Notes: generated from the letters alone by a model not told the origin. A stretch of DNA of 64,000 nt from Myxococcota bacterium (GCA_965228475.1 OZ245817.1:2336001-2400000); one strand, 5' to 3'. Positions 36,092-46,291 are shown, counted from the stretch's first letter. Program-made: numbers and translations.

Positions 36092-37173
36092 GCGGGCGCC
36101 TCGCCGCGGCACGGAAGGATGAACATGGCGTCGCCGTAGGAGAAGAAGCGGTAGCCGCCGGTCACCGCCTCGGCGTAGGCCGAGAGGATGCGCTTCCGCC
36201 CGCAGAAGGCCGCGACGAGCATGAGCAGGGACGAGCGCGGCAGGTGGAAGTTCGTGAGCAGGCCGTCGACGACGGAGAAGGCGTCGCCCGGGCGCAGGAA
36301 GAGGTCGGTCGTGCCGGAGCCGGCGCGGACGCCGCCCCGGCCATCGGCCTGGCTCTCGAGCACGCGCGTGACCGTCGTCCCCACGGCGATCACGCGGCCG
36401 CCGGCCGCGCGCGTGCGGGCGATGGCTTCGGCCGTGGTTTCGGGCAGGACGAAGCGCTCTTCGTGCAGCCGGCCCTCGCCGAGCTCGCGGGCGCCGATCG
36501 GGCGGAACGTCCCGGCGCCCACGTGGAGCGTCACGCTCGCGCGTTCGACGCCGCGCTGGGCGAGCTCGGCGAGCAGGGCCGGGGAGAGGTGCAGGCCGGC
36601 GGTCGGCGCGGCCACCGCGCCGGGCGCTTCGGCGAAGACGGTCTGGTACCGCTCCTCGTCGCGGGCGTCGGCCCGGGTTCGCTCGATGTAGGGCGGAAGC
36701 GGCATCTCGCCGAGAGCGTAGGGGTCGGCGCCGGCGGCGAAGACGAGCCGGACCTCGCCGTTCTCGTGGCGCGCCGTGATCTCTGCGTCCACGCGCTCGC
36801 TGCCGCGCTCGAAGGTGAACTTCTGGCCTTCGCGCAGGCGTCCGCGGCAGCGCACCAGGGCCCGGAACGCGCCGCCGCCTTCGGCGCCGAGCAGCAGCGC
36901 CTCGGCCGCGCCGCCGGATTCCTTCCGTCCGCGCAGGCGTGCCCGAAGCACCCGGGTCGTGTTCACGACGAGCAGGTCTCCCGCCCGCAGCCAGCGCGGC
37001 AGCTCGACCACCTTGGCGTGGGCTTCGACGCCGCCCTCCCGGGCGAGCACGAGCAGGCGCCCGCCGTCGCGCTCGCTCGGCGGCTCCTGGGCGATCTGTT
37101 CGGGCGGCAGCGTGAAGTCGAAGCGGTCGAGCTCGGCCTCGGCGGCCCGCTCCTCGGGGCTCGGCGCGTCCAT
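36088..37173 (-). CDS. queA: S-adenosylmethionine:tRNA ribosyltransferase-isomerase
   Basis: PLPPYI, YQTVFA, AAPTAGLH, TLHVGAGTF, TNFHLPRSSL and YRFFSYGDAM. Confidence 0.97.
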   Translation of the reverse strand: MDAPSPEERAAEAELDRFDFTLPPEQIAQEPPSERDGGRLLVLAREGGVEAHAKVVELPRWLRAGDLLVVNTTRVLRARLRGRKESGGAAEALLLGAEGGGAFRALVRCRGRLREGQKFTFERGSERVDAEITARHENGEVRLVFAAGADPYALGEMPLPPYIERTRADARDEERYQTVFAEAPGAVAAPTAGLHLSPALLAELAQRGVERASVTLHVGAGTFRPIGARELGEGRLHEERFVLPETTAEAIARTRAAGGRVIAVGTTVTRVLESQADGRGGVRAGSGTTDLFLRPGDAFSVVDGLLTNFHLPRSSLLMLVAAFCGRKRILSAYAEAVTGGYRFFSYGDAMFILPCRGEAPA

Positions 37174-38456
37174 CAGTGCGCGCCACCGGCGACGTCCGGG
37201 CGGGGCTCCACGCGAAACGCGTCGCGCAGCGCGGGCGAGGCCGCGAGGGCGTCCCAGGAAAAGAGCACCCGGCCCCGGGCGCCGAAGTCATCGACGGTGC
37301 GGAGCTGGGCTGCGGCCCCTTCGGGCGTGCGGCGGAAGAGCCAGGCGCCGAGCCCGATCCAGATGCGATCGCCGGCCACGCCGCCGACGAAGGCGCCGGC
37401 CTGGTAGCGCAGGAGCCGCTCGTCGCGCGTGTAGAGCATGGGGACCGCGAAGTGGAGGTGGCCCGCGTCGAGCCAGCCGAGCCAGTCCTGGTAGACGGAG
37501 AGGTAGGCCCGGTCCGTCCAGGCGAAGACGGCGGCCGAGAGCTTCGCGGCGGGAGCGTCCGCCTCGAGCTGCTCGCGGAGACCGCCGACCAGCCGCGCGA
37601 GCTCGGCGCGCCGCCAGTCGTCCCAGGCGTTCGCGTTCGTGAGCACGTCGCCGAAGGGCGCATCGAGGCCCGTCGCTTCCTTGAAGCGCGCCCGGGTCGC
37701 CTCGCCGTAGCCGAAGTCCATGCCGACGCCGAAGCGCGAGCCGGGCGCGAAGGGCAGGACGTCCGGGTAGCGGATGTAGTCGAGGTGGAGCCCATCGAGG
37801 CTCGGGTAACGCTTGAAGAGTTCGGCCACGAGCCCGCGGTACCACGAGGAAACCCCGGGCGCCGCCGGGTCGAGCCAGATCGCCGGCGTGCCCATGCGCA
37901 GGTGGGGCGCCTCGGGCTCGGGCATCTCCATCTCCGGGTAGGAGAGGATCGAGCGTCCGCGGCGGTCGACGTGGAGGACGCCCTCGCCGAGTGCGCGCAC
38001 GATCGCCGCCTCCGTGTTGTCCGAGAGCGAGAGCACGTTGATCCAGGCATGCACGCGGAGGCCCGCCGCGTGCGCCGCGGCGAGGAGCGCCGCGAGCGGG
38101 TCCGGCGATTCCGCACCGGCCGCCGCGCGCGCGGCCTGCCAGGCCTCGGCCGGCTCGGCGACGTCGCTCGGCCACCACGCGACCCCGCGCCGGTAGACCT
38201 GGACGAAGAGGTCCGTCGCCCCGACGGCGCGTGCATCCTCGATCAGGGAAGGGATGCGCTCCGGGCGTTCGAGCACGCGCTGGGAGCCTTCGGCGAGCAC
38301 CCAGAGGCCGAGGGGCGTCGGCGTCGCGGCTTCGGCCGCCGCGGGGCGGGGGAGGGGAGGTGCCGGCTTCGCCGCGTCGCCCGCAGCGGGGCCGGGCGCC
38401 GCGAACAGTGCGCAGGCCAGAACGGCTCGGATGCGAAGTCGGGCAAGGGCGCGCAA
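37173..38456 (-). CDS. Glycoside hydrolase, GH10-like/DUF187 (YddW-type)
   Basis: LFVQVY, AHAAGLRVHAW, WLDPA and DGLHLDYIRYP. Confidence 0.8.
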   Translation of the reverse strand: MRALARLRIRAVLACALFAAPGPAAGDAAKPAPPLPRPAAAEAATPTPLGLWVLAEGSQRVLERPERIPSLIEDARAVGATDLFVQVYRRGVAWWPSDVAEPAEAWQAARAAAGAESPDPLAALLAAAHAAGLRVHAWINVLSLSDNTEAAIVRALGEGVLHVDRRGRSILSYPEMEMPEPEAPHLRMGTPAIWLDPAAPGVSSWYRGLVAELFKRYPSLDGLHLDYIRYPDVLPFAPGSRFGVGMDFGYGEATRARFKEATGLDAPFGDVLTNANAWDDWRRAELARLVGGLREQLEADAPAAKLSAAVFAWTDRAYLSVYQDWLGWLDAGHLHFAVPMLYTRDERLLRYQAGAFVGGVAGDRIWIGLGAWLFRRTPEGAAAQLRTVDDFGARGRVLFSWDALAASPALRDAFRVEPRPDVAGGAH

Positions 38457-38625
38457 GGCGGTCGGAACCTACCCGAGGGGGAAGGCCGTCACAAACGCGC
38501 GAGACGGCGCCGCGCCCGCTGCCTCATGGCCGCGATGCGGCGCGATGTTTGCGGCTCGGGGAAAGCGATGGCCGGCCTGCGGTGGGTCGTTGACAGGGCC
38601 GGTGGGCCCCGCACACTCGGTGCCG

Positions 38626-40695
38626 ATGCGCCGCCGCCCGTCCCTGCTCGCTTCGTCGTCGACCGTGGGTTCGCTCCTCGCACTCGCCTGCATCGCGGCG
38701 GGTCTTCAGGGTTCGCCGCTCGCCGCCGCGTCGACCGAGCCCGCCACGCCGGATGCGCTGCTCTCGCGCCCGGGCTGGGCGCTGCGCGCGGGCGTCGCCG
38801 CGTACCGCGCGGAGGACGACGCGCGCGCCCTCGAGATCCTCGGACACGTCGCGAAGCGGCACGAGATCGTCGGCGACCACGCCGAGCTCCTCCGCCTGCG
38901 CATCCTGGCGCGCGGGGACGACCCGGCCGCCGCCGCCGAGGCCGCCCGCGCGGCCGTGGCGCGCTACGGCAAGGGCCCGCTCGGCTCCCGGCTCGAGGAG
39001 GCCGCCGGCAGCGCCCACCGCGCCGCCGGGGACGAAGAGGCCGCCCGCGCCGCGTGGCAGCGCGCCTACGACCTCACCGACCGCTCCGTCGACCGCGCGC
39101 GGCTCCTGCGCTCGCTCGCGGAATCCTACGACCGGAGCGGCATGCTCGAGGCCGCCGCCGAGCGCTGGCTCGAGATCTGGAAGCGCTACCCGCTCTCGCC
39201 GGGGGGCGACCCGGCGGAGGTCCGCCTGCGCGAGATCGAAGCGGCGCTCGGGAAGAGCGATCGCAAGGGTATGGACTATCGCAAGCGCGGCGACTCCTTC
39301 CGCTCGCTCGGCCACAACGCCCAGGCGATCGTCGCCTACGAGAAGGCGATCGCGAGCGGCGATCTGAAGCCCCGTGATCAACGACGTGCCCAGCGAAGCC
39401 GCGCCCAGTCGATGTTCGCCCTGCGCCGCTACGAAGAGGCAATCCCCGCCTTCGAGGCGCTCGCCCCGGATCCGAGCTCACGCGTCTGGCGTGCGCGCTC
39501 GGTGGCGCGCAACGGCGATGTGCTCGGTGCGGTCGAAGCGCTCGAGAAGATCGCCGGCGAAGGCTGGGGCAAGACCTCGGTGTATGCCCGCTACCTCGCC
39601 GCACTGCTGCTCGTGGACGAAGACGAATCCGAGCAGCCCCGGGCCCGGCGCCACTTCGAGAAGATCGCCGGCGAATCCGCCTACCCGCGCTACGCGAACC
39701 CCTCGGTCTGGTACCTCGGCTGGACGTCCTGGCGGGAGGGCCGCTACGAGGAGGCGCGCAAGCAGTTCGCCCTGCTCGCGGCGCGGCTCGAGAAGGACCC
39801 GATCGGCCGCCTGCGCGCGCGCTACTGGGAAGCCCGCGCCGCCGAGAAGCTCGCAGACCCGGCCGCCGAAGCGAGCTTCACCGCCATCGCTCGCGAGTTC
39901 CCGCTCACCTACTACGGCTGGCGCGCCCAGAAGCGCATCACGTCCTTCGAGCCCGTTCCGCCGAAGCCGCTCGAAGCCGGCCGCCGCGCGGTCACGACCG
40001 GCGACCTCGCCCGGGCGCGCATCCTGCTCGAGGCCGATCTCGAAGACGAGGCCGTCCGCGAGCTCCTGCGCCAGGCCGGCCGCGCGAAGGGGCTCGCCGA
40101 CCGCATCGAGATCGCCCGGCTCCTCGCCGACGCCGGCGCCTACAACCGGGCCCAGGGCATGATCCTGCGCCCCTACCGGACGGATCTCGCGCGCGGCGTC
40201 GTCCCCGGCCAGGAGGAGGCGTGGTGGCTCGCCTGGCCCGCGGCGTTCTCGCCGGAGATCGAGGAGCTCTCGCCCGCGGATTCGAGCGTGGATGCCGCGG
40301 TCGTCTCGGCCGTGATGCGCGAGGAGAGCGGCTACCGCCCGGGCGTGACGTCGCCGGCCGGAGCGCGCGGGCTGCTCCAGATCATGCCGAAGACCGGCGA
40401 GCGCCTCGCGCGTCAGGCCGGGCTCGGCGGCTTCCATCCGGACCAGCTCTACCGCCCGCGTGTGAACATCCAGCTCGGGAGCTTCTACCTCGATCAGCTC
40501 ACGCGCGAGTTCTCGGGCCGGCTCGAGGCGGCCATCGCGAGCTACAACGCCGGGCCGGCAGCCGCCGCGCGCTGGACGGCGGAGCAGCCGGGGCTCGAAG
40601 ACGACGAGTGGGTCGAGGCCGTTCCGTACTCCCAGACGCGGGCCTACGTGAAGCGCGTGCTGCGAAGCGTCCACGCCTACCGCGTGCTCTACTGA
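38626..40695 (+). CDS. slt: Soluble lytic murein transglycosylase with TPR repeats
   Basis: MREESGY, GARGLLQIMP, ASYNAG and QTRAYVKRV SLT motifs after a helical repeat region. Confidence 0.9.
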   Translation: MRRRPSLLASSSTVGSLLALACIAAGLQGSPLAAASTEPATPDALLSRPGWALRAGVAAYRAEDDARALEILGHVAKRHEIVGDHAELLRLRILARGDDPAAAAEAARAAVARYGKGPLGSRLEEAAGSAHRAAGDEEAARAAWQRAYDLTDRSVDRARLLRSLAESYDRSGMLEAAAERWLEIWKRYPLSPGGDPAEVRLREIEAALGKSDRKGMDYRKRGDSFRSLGHNAQAIVAYEKAIASGDLKPRDQRRAQRSRAQSMFALRRYEEAIPAFEALAPDPSSRVWRARSVARNGDVLGAVEALEKIAGEGWGKTSVYARYLAALLLVDEDESEQPRARRHFEKIAGESAYPRYANPSVWYLGWTSWREGRYEEARKQFALLAARLEKDPIGRLRARYWEARAAEKLADPAAEASFTAIAREFPLTYYGWRAQKRITSFEPVPPKPLEAGRRAVTTGDLARARILLEADLEDEAVRELLRQAGRAKGLADRIEIARLLADAGAYNRAQGMILRPYRTDLARGVVPGQEEAWWLAWPAAFSPEIEELSPADSSVDAAVVSAVMREESGYRPGVTSPAGARGLLQIMPKTGERLARQAGLGGFHPDQLYRPRVNIQLGSFYLDQLTREFSGRLEAAIASYNAGPAAAARWTAEQPGLEDDEWVEAVPYSQTRAYVKRVLRSVHAYRVLY

Positions 40696-40703
40696 GAGAC
40701 GCG

Positions 40704-41720
40704 ATGTCGCCCGAATCCGCAGCCGAGGACGAAGACGCGCCGCTCTGGCCTTCGCTGCGCAGCCGGGAGGATGCCGCCTGCGACGTCGTGGGCGTCGGCG
40801 AGTGCGCGATCGACCACGTCGGGACCCTCGAGGGGGGTCTCCCGGACTTCGCGGGCAAGCGCCCCCTCGCGGGCTATCAGCGCATGCCGGGCGGGCAGGT
40901 CGCGACGACCCTCGGCGGCGTCGCGCGGCTCGGCCTGCGGGCCCGCTTCATCGGCGCCGTGGGCGACGACGGCGCGGCGCGGGACGTGCAGCGGCCCCTC
41001 GCCGAGGCCGGCGTCGACCTCTCCTGCGTGAAGACCGTGCCGGGCGCGCCGACGCAGATGGCGATGATCCTCGTCGATTCGGCCTCGGGCGAGCGCACGC
41101 TCGTCTGGTACCGCGACCCGGCGCTGGCGCTCGGGCCGGGCGACCTGCCCGGCGGCTGCATCGAGGATGCGCGCGCCCTGCACGTCGACACCGGGCACCT
41201 GGACGCGGCCACCGCCGCGGCGGAGCGGGCGAGGGCGGCGGGCATCCCCGTCGTACTCGATGCCGACGCCCCGCTCCCGGGCCTCGAGCGGCTCCTGCGC
41301 TCGGTGGATTTCCCGATAGTTTCCGAGTCGTTCGCCGATGCTTCCTCAGGAAGTGCCTCCATTTCCGCGGCGCTCGATGCGCTGGTCGGGAACGGGGCGC
41401 GGATGGCGGTGATGACGCTCGGCGAGCGCGGTGCCGTCGCGAAGATCGGCGGGCGCCTGCTGCGCTCCCCGGGTTTCGTGGTGGAGCCCCGCGATACGAC
41501 CGGCGCCGGAGACGCCTTCCGCGCGGGCTTCTTGATGGGCTTGCTCGAGGGCGCGAACGCCGAGCGGACCCTCGAGTGGGCCCACGCCGTGGCCGCGTGC
41601 AACTGCATGGGCTTCGGCGCCCAGGGAGGGTTGCCCGACCGGGCCGCCCTCGAAACGTTCCTCGCCGCGCATCCGCGTCAGCCCTGGCGGGAGCCGCCGG
41701 GCCTGGAAGCGGGGGCCTAG
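40704..41720 (+). CDS. PfkB-family carbohydrate kinase
   Basis: PGGQVAT, GAVGDD, TLGERG and DTTGAGDAF. Confidence 0.92.
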   Translation: MSPESAAEDEDAPLWPSLRSREDAACDVVGVGECAIDHVGTLEGGLPDFAGKRPLAGYQRMPGGQVATTLGGVARLGLRARFIGAVGDDGAARDVQRPLAEAGVDLSCVKTVPGAPTQMAMILVDSASGERTLVWYRDPALALGPGDLPGGCIEDARALHVDTGHLDAATAAAERARAAGIPVVLDADAPLPGLERLLRSVDFPIVSESFADASSGSASISAALDALVGNGARMAVMTLGERGAVAKIGGRLLRSPGFVVEPRDTTGAGDAFRAGFLMGLLEGANAERTLEWAHAVAACNCMGFGAQGGLPDRAALETFLAAHPRQPWREPPGLEAGA

Positions 41721-41766
41721 AGCGGACGCACGCGCAGGCGCTGCGGCGGCCGCGGAGGCGAACGCC

Positions 41767-42189
41767 ATGGCGAAGGGCGAAGGGAACTCGCGGCTCCTGC
41801 TGCTCGTCTTGATCGGGCTGCTCGGGGCCGGGGGCTACAACTACCACCGGAACTATCAGGTCGAGGCGGCCGTCCCGCGCCCGTACAAAGCGTACTCGGA
41901 GGCGGACCTCCAGGCGCTGCTCGCCGCGTACCAGGGCGAGAACTCGGCCCTCGAAGCGCGCTACGAGAGTGCCCAATCCGCACGCGGCGCGCGTTCGGGC
42001 CCGGGCCTGCTCGACGAGAACGTGAAGGCCTTCGAGGCGGCCCAGCGCCGCTCGCAGTCGAGCCGGGAGATCGGGCAGAAGCTCTCGATGCAGCAGGCCG
42101 CCGCGCGCGAGATCGAAAGCGAGCTCGACCTGCGCCGCGATCAGGCCGACGTGATGAAGCTCCACCTGAAGCGCCTGCTGACGATCTAG
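41767..42189 (+). CDS. Hypothetical membrane-anchored coiled-coil protein
   Basis: SD GGAGG, N-terminal TM helix, helical body. Confidence 0.7.
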   Translation: MAKGEGNSRLLLLVLIGLLGAGGYNYHRNYQVEAAVPRPYKAYSEADLQALLAAYQGENSALEARYESAQSARGARSGPGLLDENVKAFEAAQRRSQSSREIGQKLSMQQAAAREIESELDLRRDQADVMKLHLKRLLTI

Positions 42190-42290
42190 CGACGCGGGGC
42201 GACGATGAACGACGCCCGGCGCAGCCTTTTCGCTGCCCCCCCCGGCGCCGACGTGGCCGCGCGCCGCCCGAAACCGCTATGGGTCGGGTC

Positions 42291-44243
42291 ATGCGCACGG
42301 CACCGAGCTTCTCGAGACTCGTCGCGGTCCTGCTCTGCGGGATGCTCGGCGGCGCGTCCGTCGCGGAGCCCCCCGGCCAGTCCTGGGGCCACTACGGCGG
42401 CGACCCGGGCGGGCACCGCTACCTCGCCGCAGACCAGATCACGCCCCAGAACGTCGAGGATCTGGAAGTCGCCTGGCACTGGCGGAGCGGCGAGCTCGAC
42501 GGCGAGCCGCCCCACGCCGAGACGGCCTTCGAAGCGACCCCGATCCTCTTCGAGGACACGCTCTACCTCTGCACCGCGCTGAACCAGGTGGCGGCCCTCG
42601 ACCCGGACACCGGCGCGGAGCGCTGGCGGCACGACCCGCAGGTCTCGCGGAAGGGGCGCTGGTCGAACCAGCACACGTGCCGCGGCGTGGCGAGCTGGCA
42701 GGGGGAGGGCCGGGAAGGCCTCTGCCGCGCCCGCATCTTCACCAACACCGTCGACGCCCGGCTGATCGCCCTCGATGCCCCCACCGGCCGGCCGTGCCCG
42801 GGCTTCGGCGAGGACGGCACCGTCGACCTGCGCGAGGGCGTCGGCAAGATCGCCTGGCAAGGCGAGTACGGCATGACCTCGGCGCCGCTCGTCCTCGGCG
42901 ACGTCGTGGTGGTCGGCTCCGCCATCGGCGACAACCAGCGGACGGACGCTCCGAGCGGCGTCGTGCGCGGCTTCGACGCGCGCACCGGGGCGCTTCGCTG
43001 GGGCTTCGATCTCGCGCCCCCGGGCTTCGTGCGGACGCCCGAGAACACGAGCGAGGCGGGCTGGGCGCTCGGCACGCCGAACGTCTGGGCGCCCATGTCC
43101 GCGGACGTCGAGCGCGGTCTCGTCTTCCTGCCGACCGGCAACCCGGCACCCGACTACTACCACGGCGGGAAGCGCCCCGATCACTACGGGAGCTCGGTGG
43201 TGGCCGTGCGCGCCGAGACCGGCGAGGTGGTGTGGCGCTTCCAGACGGTCCACAACGACGTCTGGGACTTCGACGTCCCGGCGCAGCCGACGCTCACCGA
43301 GATCGAGCGCGACGGCGAGCGGATCCCCGTCGTCGTCCAGGCGACGAAGATGGGCCACTTCTTCATCCTCCACCGCGAGACCGGCGAGCCCGTCTTTCCC
43401 GTGGAGGAGCGGCCGGTGCCCGCGAGCGACGTGCTCGGCGAGAAGCTCTCGCCGACCCAGCCGTTCCCGCTGCTTCCGCCGCCGCTCATCCGCCACGAGC
43501 CGCTGCGCGAGAGCGACGCCTGGGGCATGGCCGTGCTCGACCGCATGGCCTGCCAGCGCAAGATCCGCGGCATGCGTTCCGACGGGATCTTCACGCCGCC
43601 GAGCCTCGAGGGCTCGATCATGCTCCCCGGCAACGGCGGGGGCTCGAACTGGGGCGGCGTCGCCGTCGATCCGGTTCGCCAGCGGCTCATCGCGAACACG
43701 ATGGATCTCGCCTGGACGATCCACCTGATCCCCCGGGATGCGTTCCCGGCGCGGCGCGAGGCCGAGAAGGGGAGGGGCATCGAGTTCGCCCCGCAGACGG
43801 GGATGCCCTTCGGGCTGCGGCGTGACACGCTGCTCTCCCCGCTCGGCATCCCGTGCAATCCGCCGCCCTTCGGCACCCTGGCCGCGATCGACCTGACCAC
43901 CGGCGCCATCGAGTGGCAGGTGCCCCTCGGCACGACGCGCGATCTCTCGCCGGTTCCGATCCATTGGCGGATCGGCGTCCCGAACATCGGCGGCCCGATG
44001 GTGACTTCGACGGGACTCGTCTTCATCGGCGCCGCGCTCGACGACTATCTGCGCGCCTTCGATCTCGCGAGTGGAGAGGAGCTCTCCCGCTGGCGGCTCC
44101 CGGCGGGCGGGCAGGCGACGCCCATGAGCTACGTCGGGCCGAGCGGGCGCCAGTACGTGGTGATCGCGGCGGGAGGTCACGGCCGGGCGGGGTCGAAGAT
44201 CGGCGATTCGGTGGTCGCCTTCGCCTTGCCGAAGGCCGACTAG
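42291..44243 (+). CDS. PQQ-dependent dehydrogenase (quinoprotein glucose/quinate dehydrogenase-like, lacking the N-terminal TM anchor)
   Basis: FEATP, TCRGV, FQTVHNDVWDFD, GGSNWGG and LPAGGQATPMSY. Confidence 0.9.
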   Translation: MRTAPSFSRLVAVLLCGMLGGASVAEPPGQSWGHYGGDPGGHRYLAADQITPQNVEDLEVAWHWRSGELDGEPPHAETAFEATPILFEDTLYLCTALNQVAALDPDTGAERWRHDPQVSRKGRWSNQHTCRGVASWQGEGREGLCRARIFTNTVDARLIALDAPTGRPCPGFGEDGTVDLREGVGKIAWQGEYGMTSAPLVLGDVVVVGSAIGDNQRTDAPSGVVRGFDARTGALRWGFDLAPPGFVRTPENTSEAGWALGTPNVWAPMSADVERGLVFLPTGNPAPDYYHGGKRPDHYGSSVVAVRAETGEVVWRFQTVHNDVWDFDVPAQPTLTEIERDGERIPVVVQATKMGHFFILHRETGEPVFPVEERPVPASDVLGEKLSPTQPFPLLPPPLIRHEPLRESDAWGMAVLDRMACQRKIRGMRSDGIFTPPSLEGSIMLPGNGGGSNWGGVAVDPVRQRLIANTMDLAWTIHLIPRDAFPARREAEKGRGIEFAPQTGMPFGLRRDTLLSPLGIPCNPPPFGTLAAIDLTTGAIEWQVPLGTTRDLSPVPIHWRIGVPNIGGPMVTSTGLVFIGAALDDYLRAFDLASGEELSRWRLPAGGQATPMSYVGPSGRQYVVIAAGGHGRAGSKIGDSVVAFALPKAD

Positions 44244-44264
44244 CGCCGAGAGCGCAAGGCCGGC

Positions 44265-44909
44265 TCAGTCTTCGTCGGAGTCGCCGGAGTCGGCCTTCTC
44301 GAGCAGCTTCTCGTTCGTGCCGAGCTCGAGGTCGAGCTCCATGCTCTCGCTGTCGTTCGAGGAGACCTCGCGCGTCGCGTCGTCGTCGTCGAGCACGCGC
44401 AGGGCCCGCAGGCTGTCGCGCTTCGGTGCCGGCTTGTCGTCGCTCTTCGATTCCTTCGGTGCGGCGGTCTGGTCCGTGTCGCACTTCGGGCAGATCGGGT
44501 CGGGCTTGTTCAGGTCGTAGAAGACCGCGTTGCAGGACCAGCAGGTCCAGCGGATCCCGAGCTTGTTGAGGCGCTTCCCGCCGGCCACGACCAGCTTGCC
44601 CGGCTTGACGGGCTTCGCGGCAGCGCGGGCGGCCTCGCGCTCGGCCTTGGCCAGGGCCTCGGCCTGCTTCTTCGTGAGGCGCTTCTTCTTGGTCGCCTTC
44701 TTCTTCGCTGCGGCCTTCTTCGCCGGCGCCTTCTTGGCGGTCGCCTTCTTCGCAGCGGCCTTCTTGGTCGCCTTCTTGGCGGCGGGCTTCTTCGCCGCCT
44801 TCTTGGTGACCTTCTTCTTGGCCGTCTTCTTCTTGGCGGCGGTCTTCTTGCGCGCAGCGGACTTCTTGGTCGTCTTCTTCTTGGCGGCAGTCTTCTTGGC
44901 CGGACTCAT
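44265..44909 (-). CDS. FYDLN_acid (TIGR02300-like) zinc-ribbon protein with long histone-H1-like Lys/Ala N-terminus
   Basis: MSPAKKTAAKKKTTKK... repeats, LGIRWTCWSCNAVFYDLNKPDPICPKC, and an acidic C-terminus. Confidence 0.85.
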   Translation of the reverse strand: MSPAKKTAAKKKTTKKSAARKKTAAKKKTAKKKVTKKAAKKPAAKKATKKAAAKKATAKKAPAKKAAAKKKATKKKRLTKKQAEALAKAEREAARAAAKPVKPGKLVVAGGKRLNKLGIRWTCWSCNAVFYDLNKPDPICPKCDTDQTAAPKESKSDDKPAPKRDSLRALRVLDDDDATREVSSNDSESMELDLELGTNEKLLEKADSGDSDED

Positions 44910-46291
44910 TCGTGAGCTCCCTCGCCGAGGCGGATGCCGGGCGCTGCATCCGCGAGGTCGCGGATTCCACTCCGCTCGAGATCTGTGGGACCGTCGAACC
45001 GTGCGTGGTCCATTTCGATCCGGACTCCCTCCCTGGGGGCGCGAAGCCCCGCCTGTTCGATCCAGGCGCGGTAGCACCCCTCGAGCGCCTTCCGCGCCGC
45101 CGCCGGCGAGGCGTCCCCCTGGGCGCTCTTCACCGGCGAGTATTCGGCGCTGCGGCGCGTTTCCATTACCGCAACCCGGGTGGTTCGTGCCAGTGCATCG
45201 AAGACGAAACGCTCGGCCTTGTAGGCATTCGGGCCCGTCGGGTCCGGGTCGTCGACGTGAGGCACGCGCTTGTGCGCCAGGTGGAGGGGGAGGGGCGGGC
45301 CCTCGGCCACGCGCCGCACGAACGCCGTTTCGAAGACGTGGATCCCGATGCTCCCGGCCCAGTGCACCAGGCGCCCCGAGGCGTCGCGGGCCGCCGCCAG
45401 GGTCTCCGGCAGCTCGCTGTACTCGACGATCTCCGTGCGGCCCCGGTGCCGGCACAGGAAGCCGACGTTCTCGAGCGGGTCGCGCTTCTCGACGGCCTTG
45501 CAGGACATCTCGGCGCCGCGCTCGAGGTGGAAGCCCAGGTACTCCGGATCCGCGAGCCGGGCCAGCGGGTTGTCGACGTGGTGGTAGAAGAGGGCGCGCA
45601 GGCCCCGGGCGTCCATGGCGTCGAGGGCGCCGGAGCCGAGCAGGGCGGCGAACAGTCCGCCGTGGCCGTCCGGGGCCATGGCCAGCCGGTCGGGGGCCGC
45701 GAGCAGGATCCGGCCCTCGGCGTCGAGCGCGGGCAGCGAGCCCTGGACGACGAAGTGGACGTCCTCCCGGGCGAGCCCGAGGAAGTGCTCGGCCTCGAAG
45801 TAGGCCCGGGTCGCCGCGTCCGTTGCGGGGCTCGTCATGATCCACCACGGGATCGAGCGGCCGGTGCGCCGGGCCTGGCCGCGCAGGCGCTGGGCAAAGA
45901 TGCCGAAGAGCGTCCGGCCGCTGACCGGGCCGATCGGGTAGCGGCCCTTCGGGCCGTCGAAGCCGAGCCGCGTGCCCTGGCCGCCGGCCACGGTGACGAC
46001 GCCGACGCCGCCCTCGGCGAGGAGATCCAGGCCCAGGGCCCGGTGGCGCGGGGCCTGGCTCGGCGCCTCGTCCAGCCCCAGGACTTCGACCGGCTCGATC
46101 GAGGCCGGGCTCGGCGGCTCGGCCGAACGGGCCGCCACGAAGCCGTCCCAGAGCGAAGCCAGGTCCAGCGCCGAGAGCTCGGCCTGCAGGCGCCGTCGGC
46201 CCTCCGGATCCAGCTCGGACCAGAACCGCAGGGCGTGTGCCTGGCCGGCCGCTGCGATCGGCTCGACCCAGTCCTCGTCCGGAAGCGCCAT
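44906..46291 (-). CDS. UDP-N-acetylglucosamine pyrophosphorylase (UAP1 / UDPGP type 1 family)
   Basis: AGGQGTRLGFDGPKG, WWIMTS, APDGHGG, VDNPL, VEYSEL, KAERFVFDAL and EYSPVK. Confidence 0.9.
   Translation of the reverse strand: MALPDEDWVEPIAAAGQAHALRFWSELDPEGRRRLQAELSALDLASLWDGFVAARSAEPPSPASIEPVEVLGLDEAPSQAPRHRALGLDLLAEGGVGVVTVAGGQGTRLGFDGPKGRYPIGPVSGRTLFGIFAQRLRGQARRTGRSIPWWIMTSPATDAATRAYFEAEHFLGLAREDVHFVVQGSLPALDAEGRILLAAPDRLAMAPDGHGGLFAALLGSGALDAMDARGLRALFYHHVDNPLARLADPEYLGFHLERGAEMSCKAVEKRDPLENVGFLCRHRGRTEIVEYSELPETLAAARDASGRLVHWAGSIGIHVFETAFVRRVAEGPPLPLHLAHKRVPHVDDPDPTGPNAYKAERFVFDALARTTRVAVMETRRSAEYSPVKSAQGDASPAAARKALEGCYRAWIEQAGLRAPREGVRIEMDHARFDGPTDLERSGIRDLADAAPGIRLGEGAHE

Noticed and set aside
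35021..38236. 1071-aa Tgt fusion ORF
   Set aside because: Only the last 356 aa are Tgt. The upstream part is an out-of-frame read of queA and the GH10-like gene.
44680..44900. DNA-level repeat or mobile element (CTTCTT-rich tract)
   Set aside because: Fully explained by Lys/Ala codons of the H1-like N-terminus on the minus strand.
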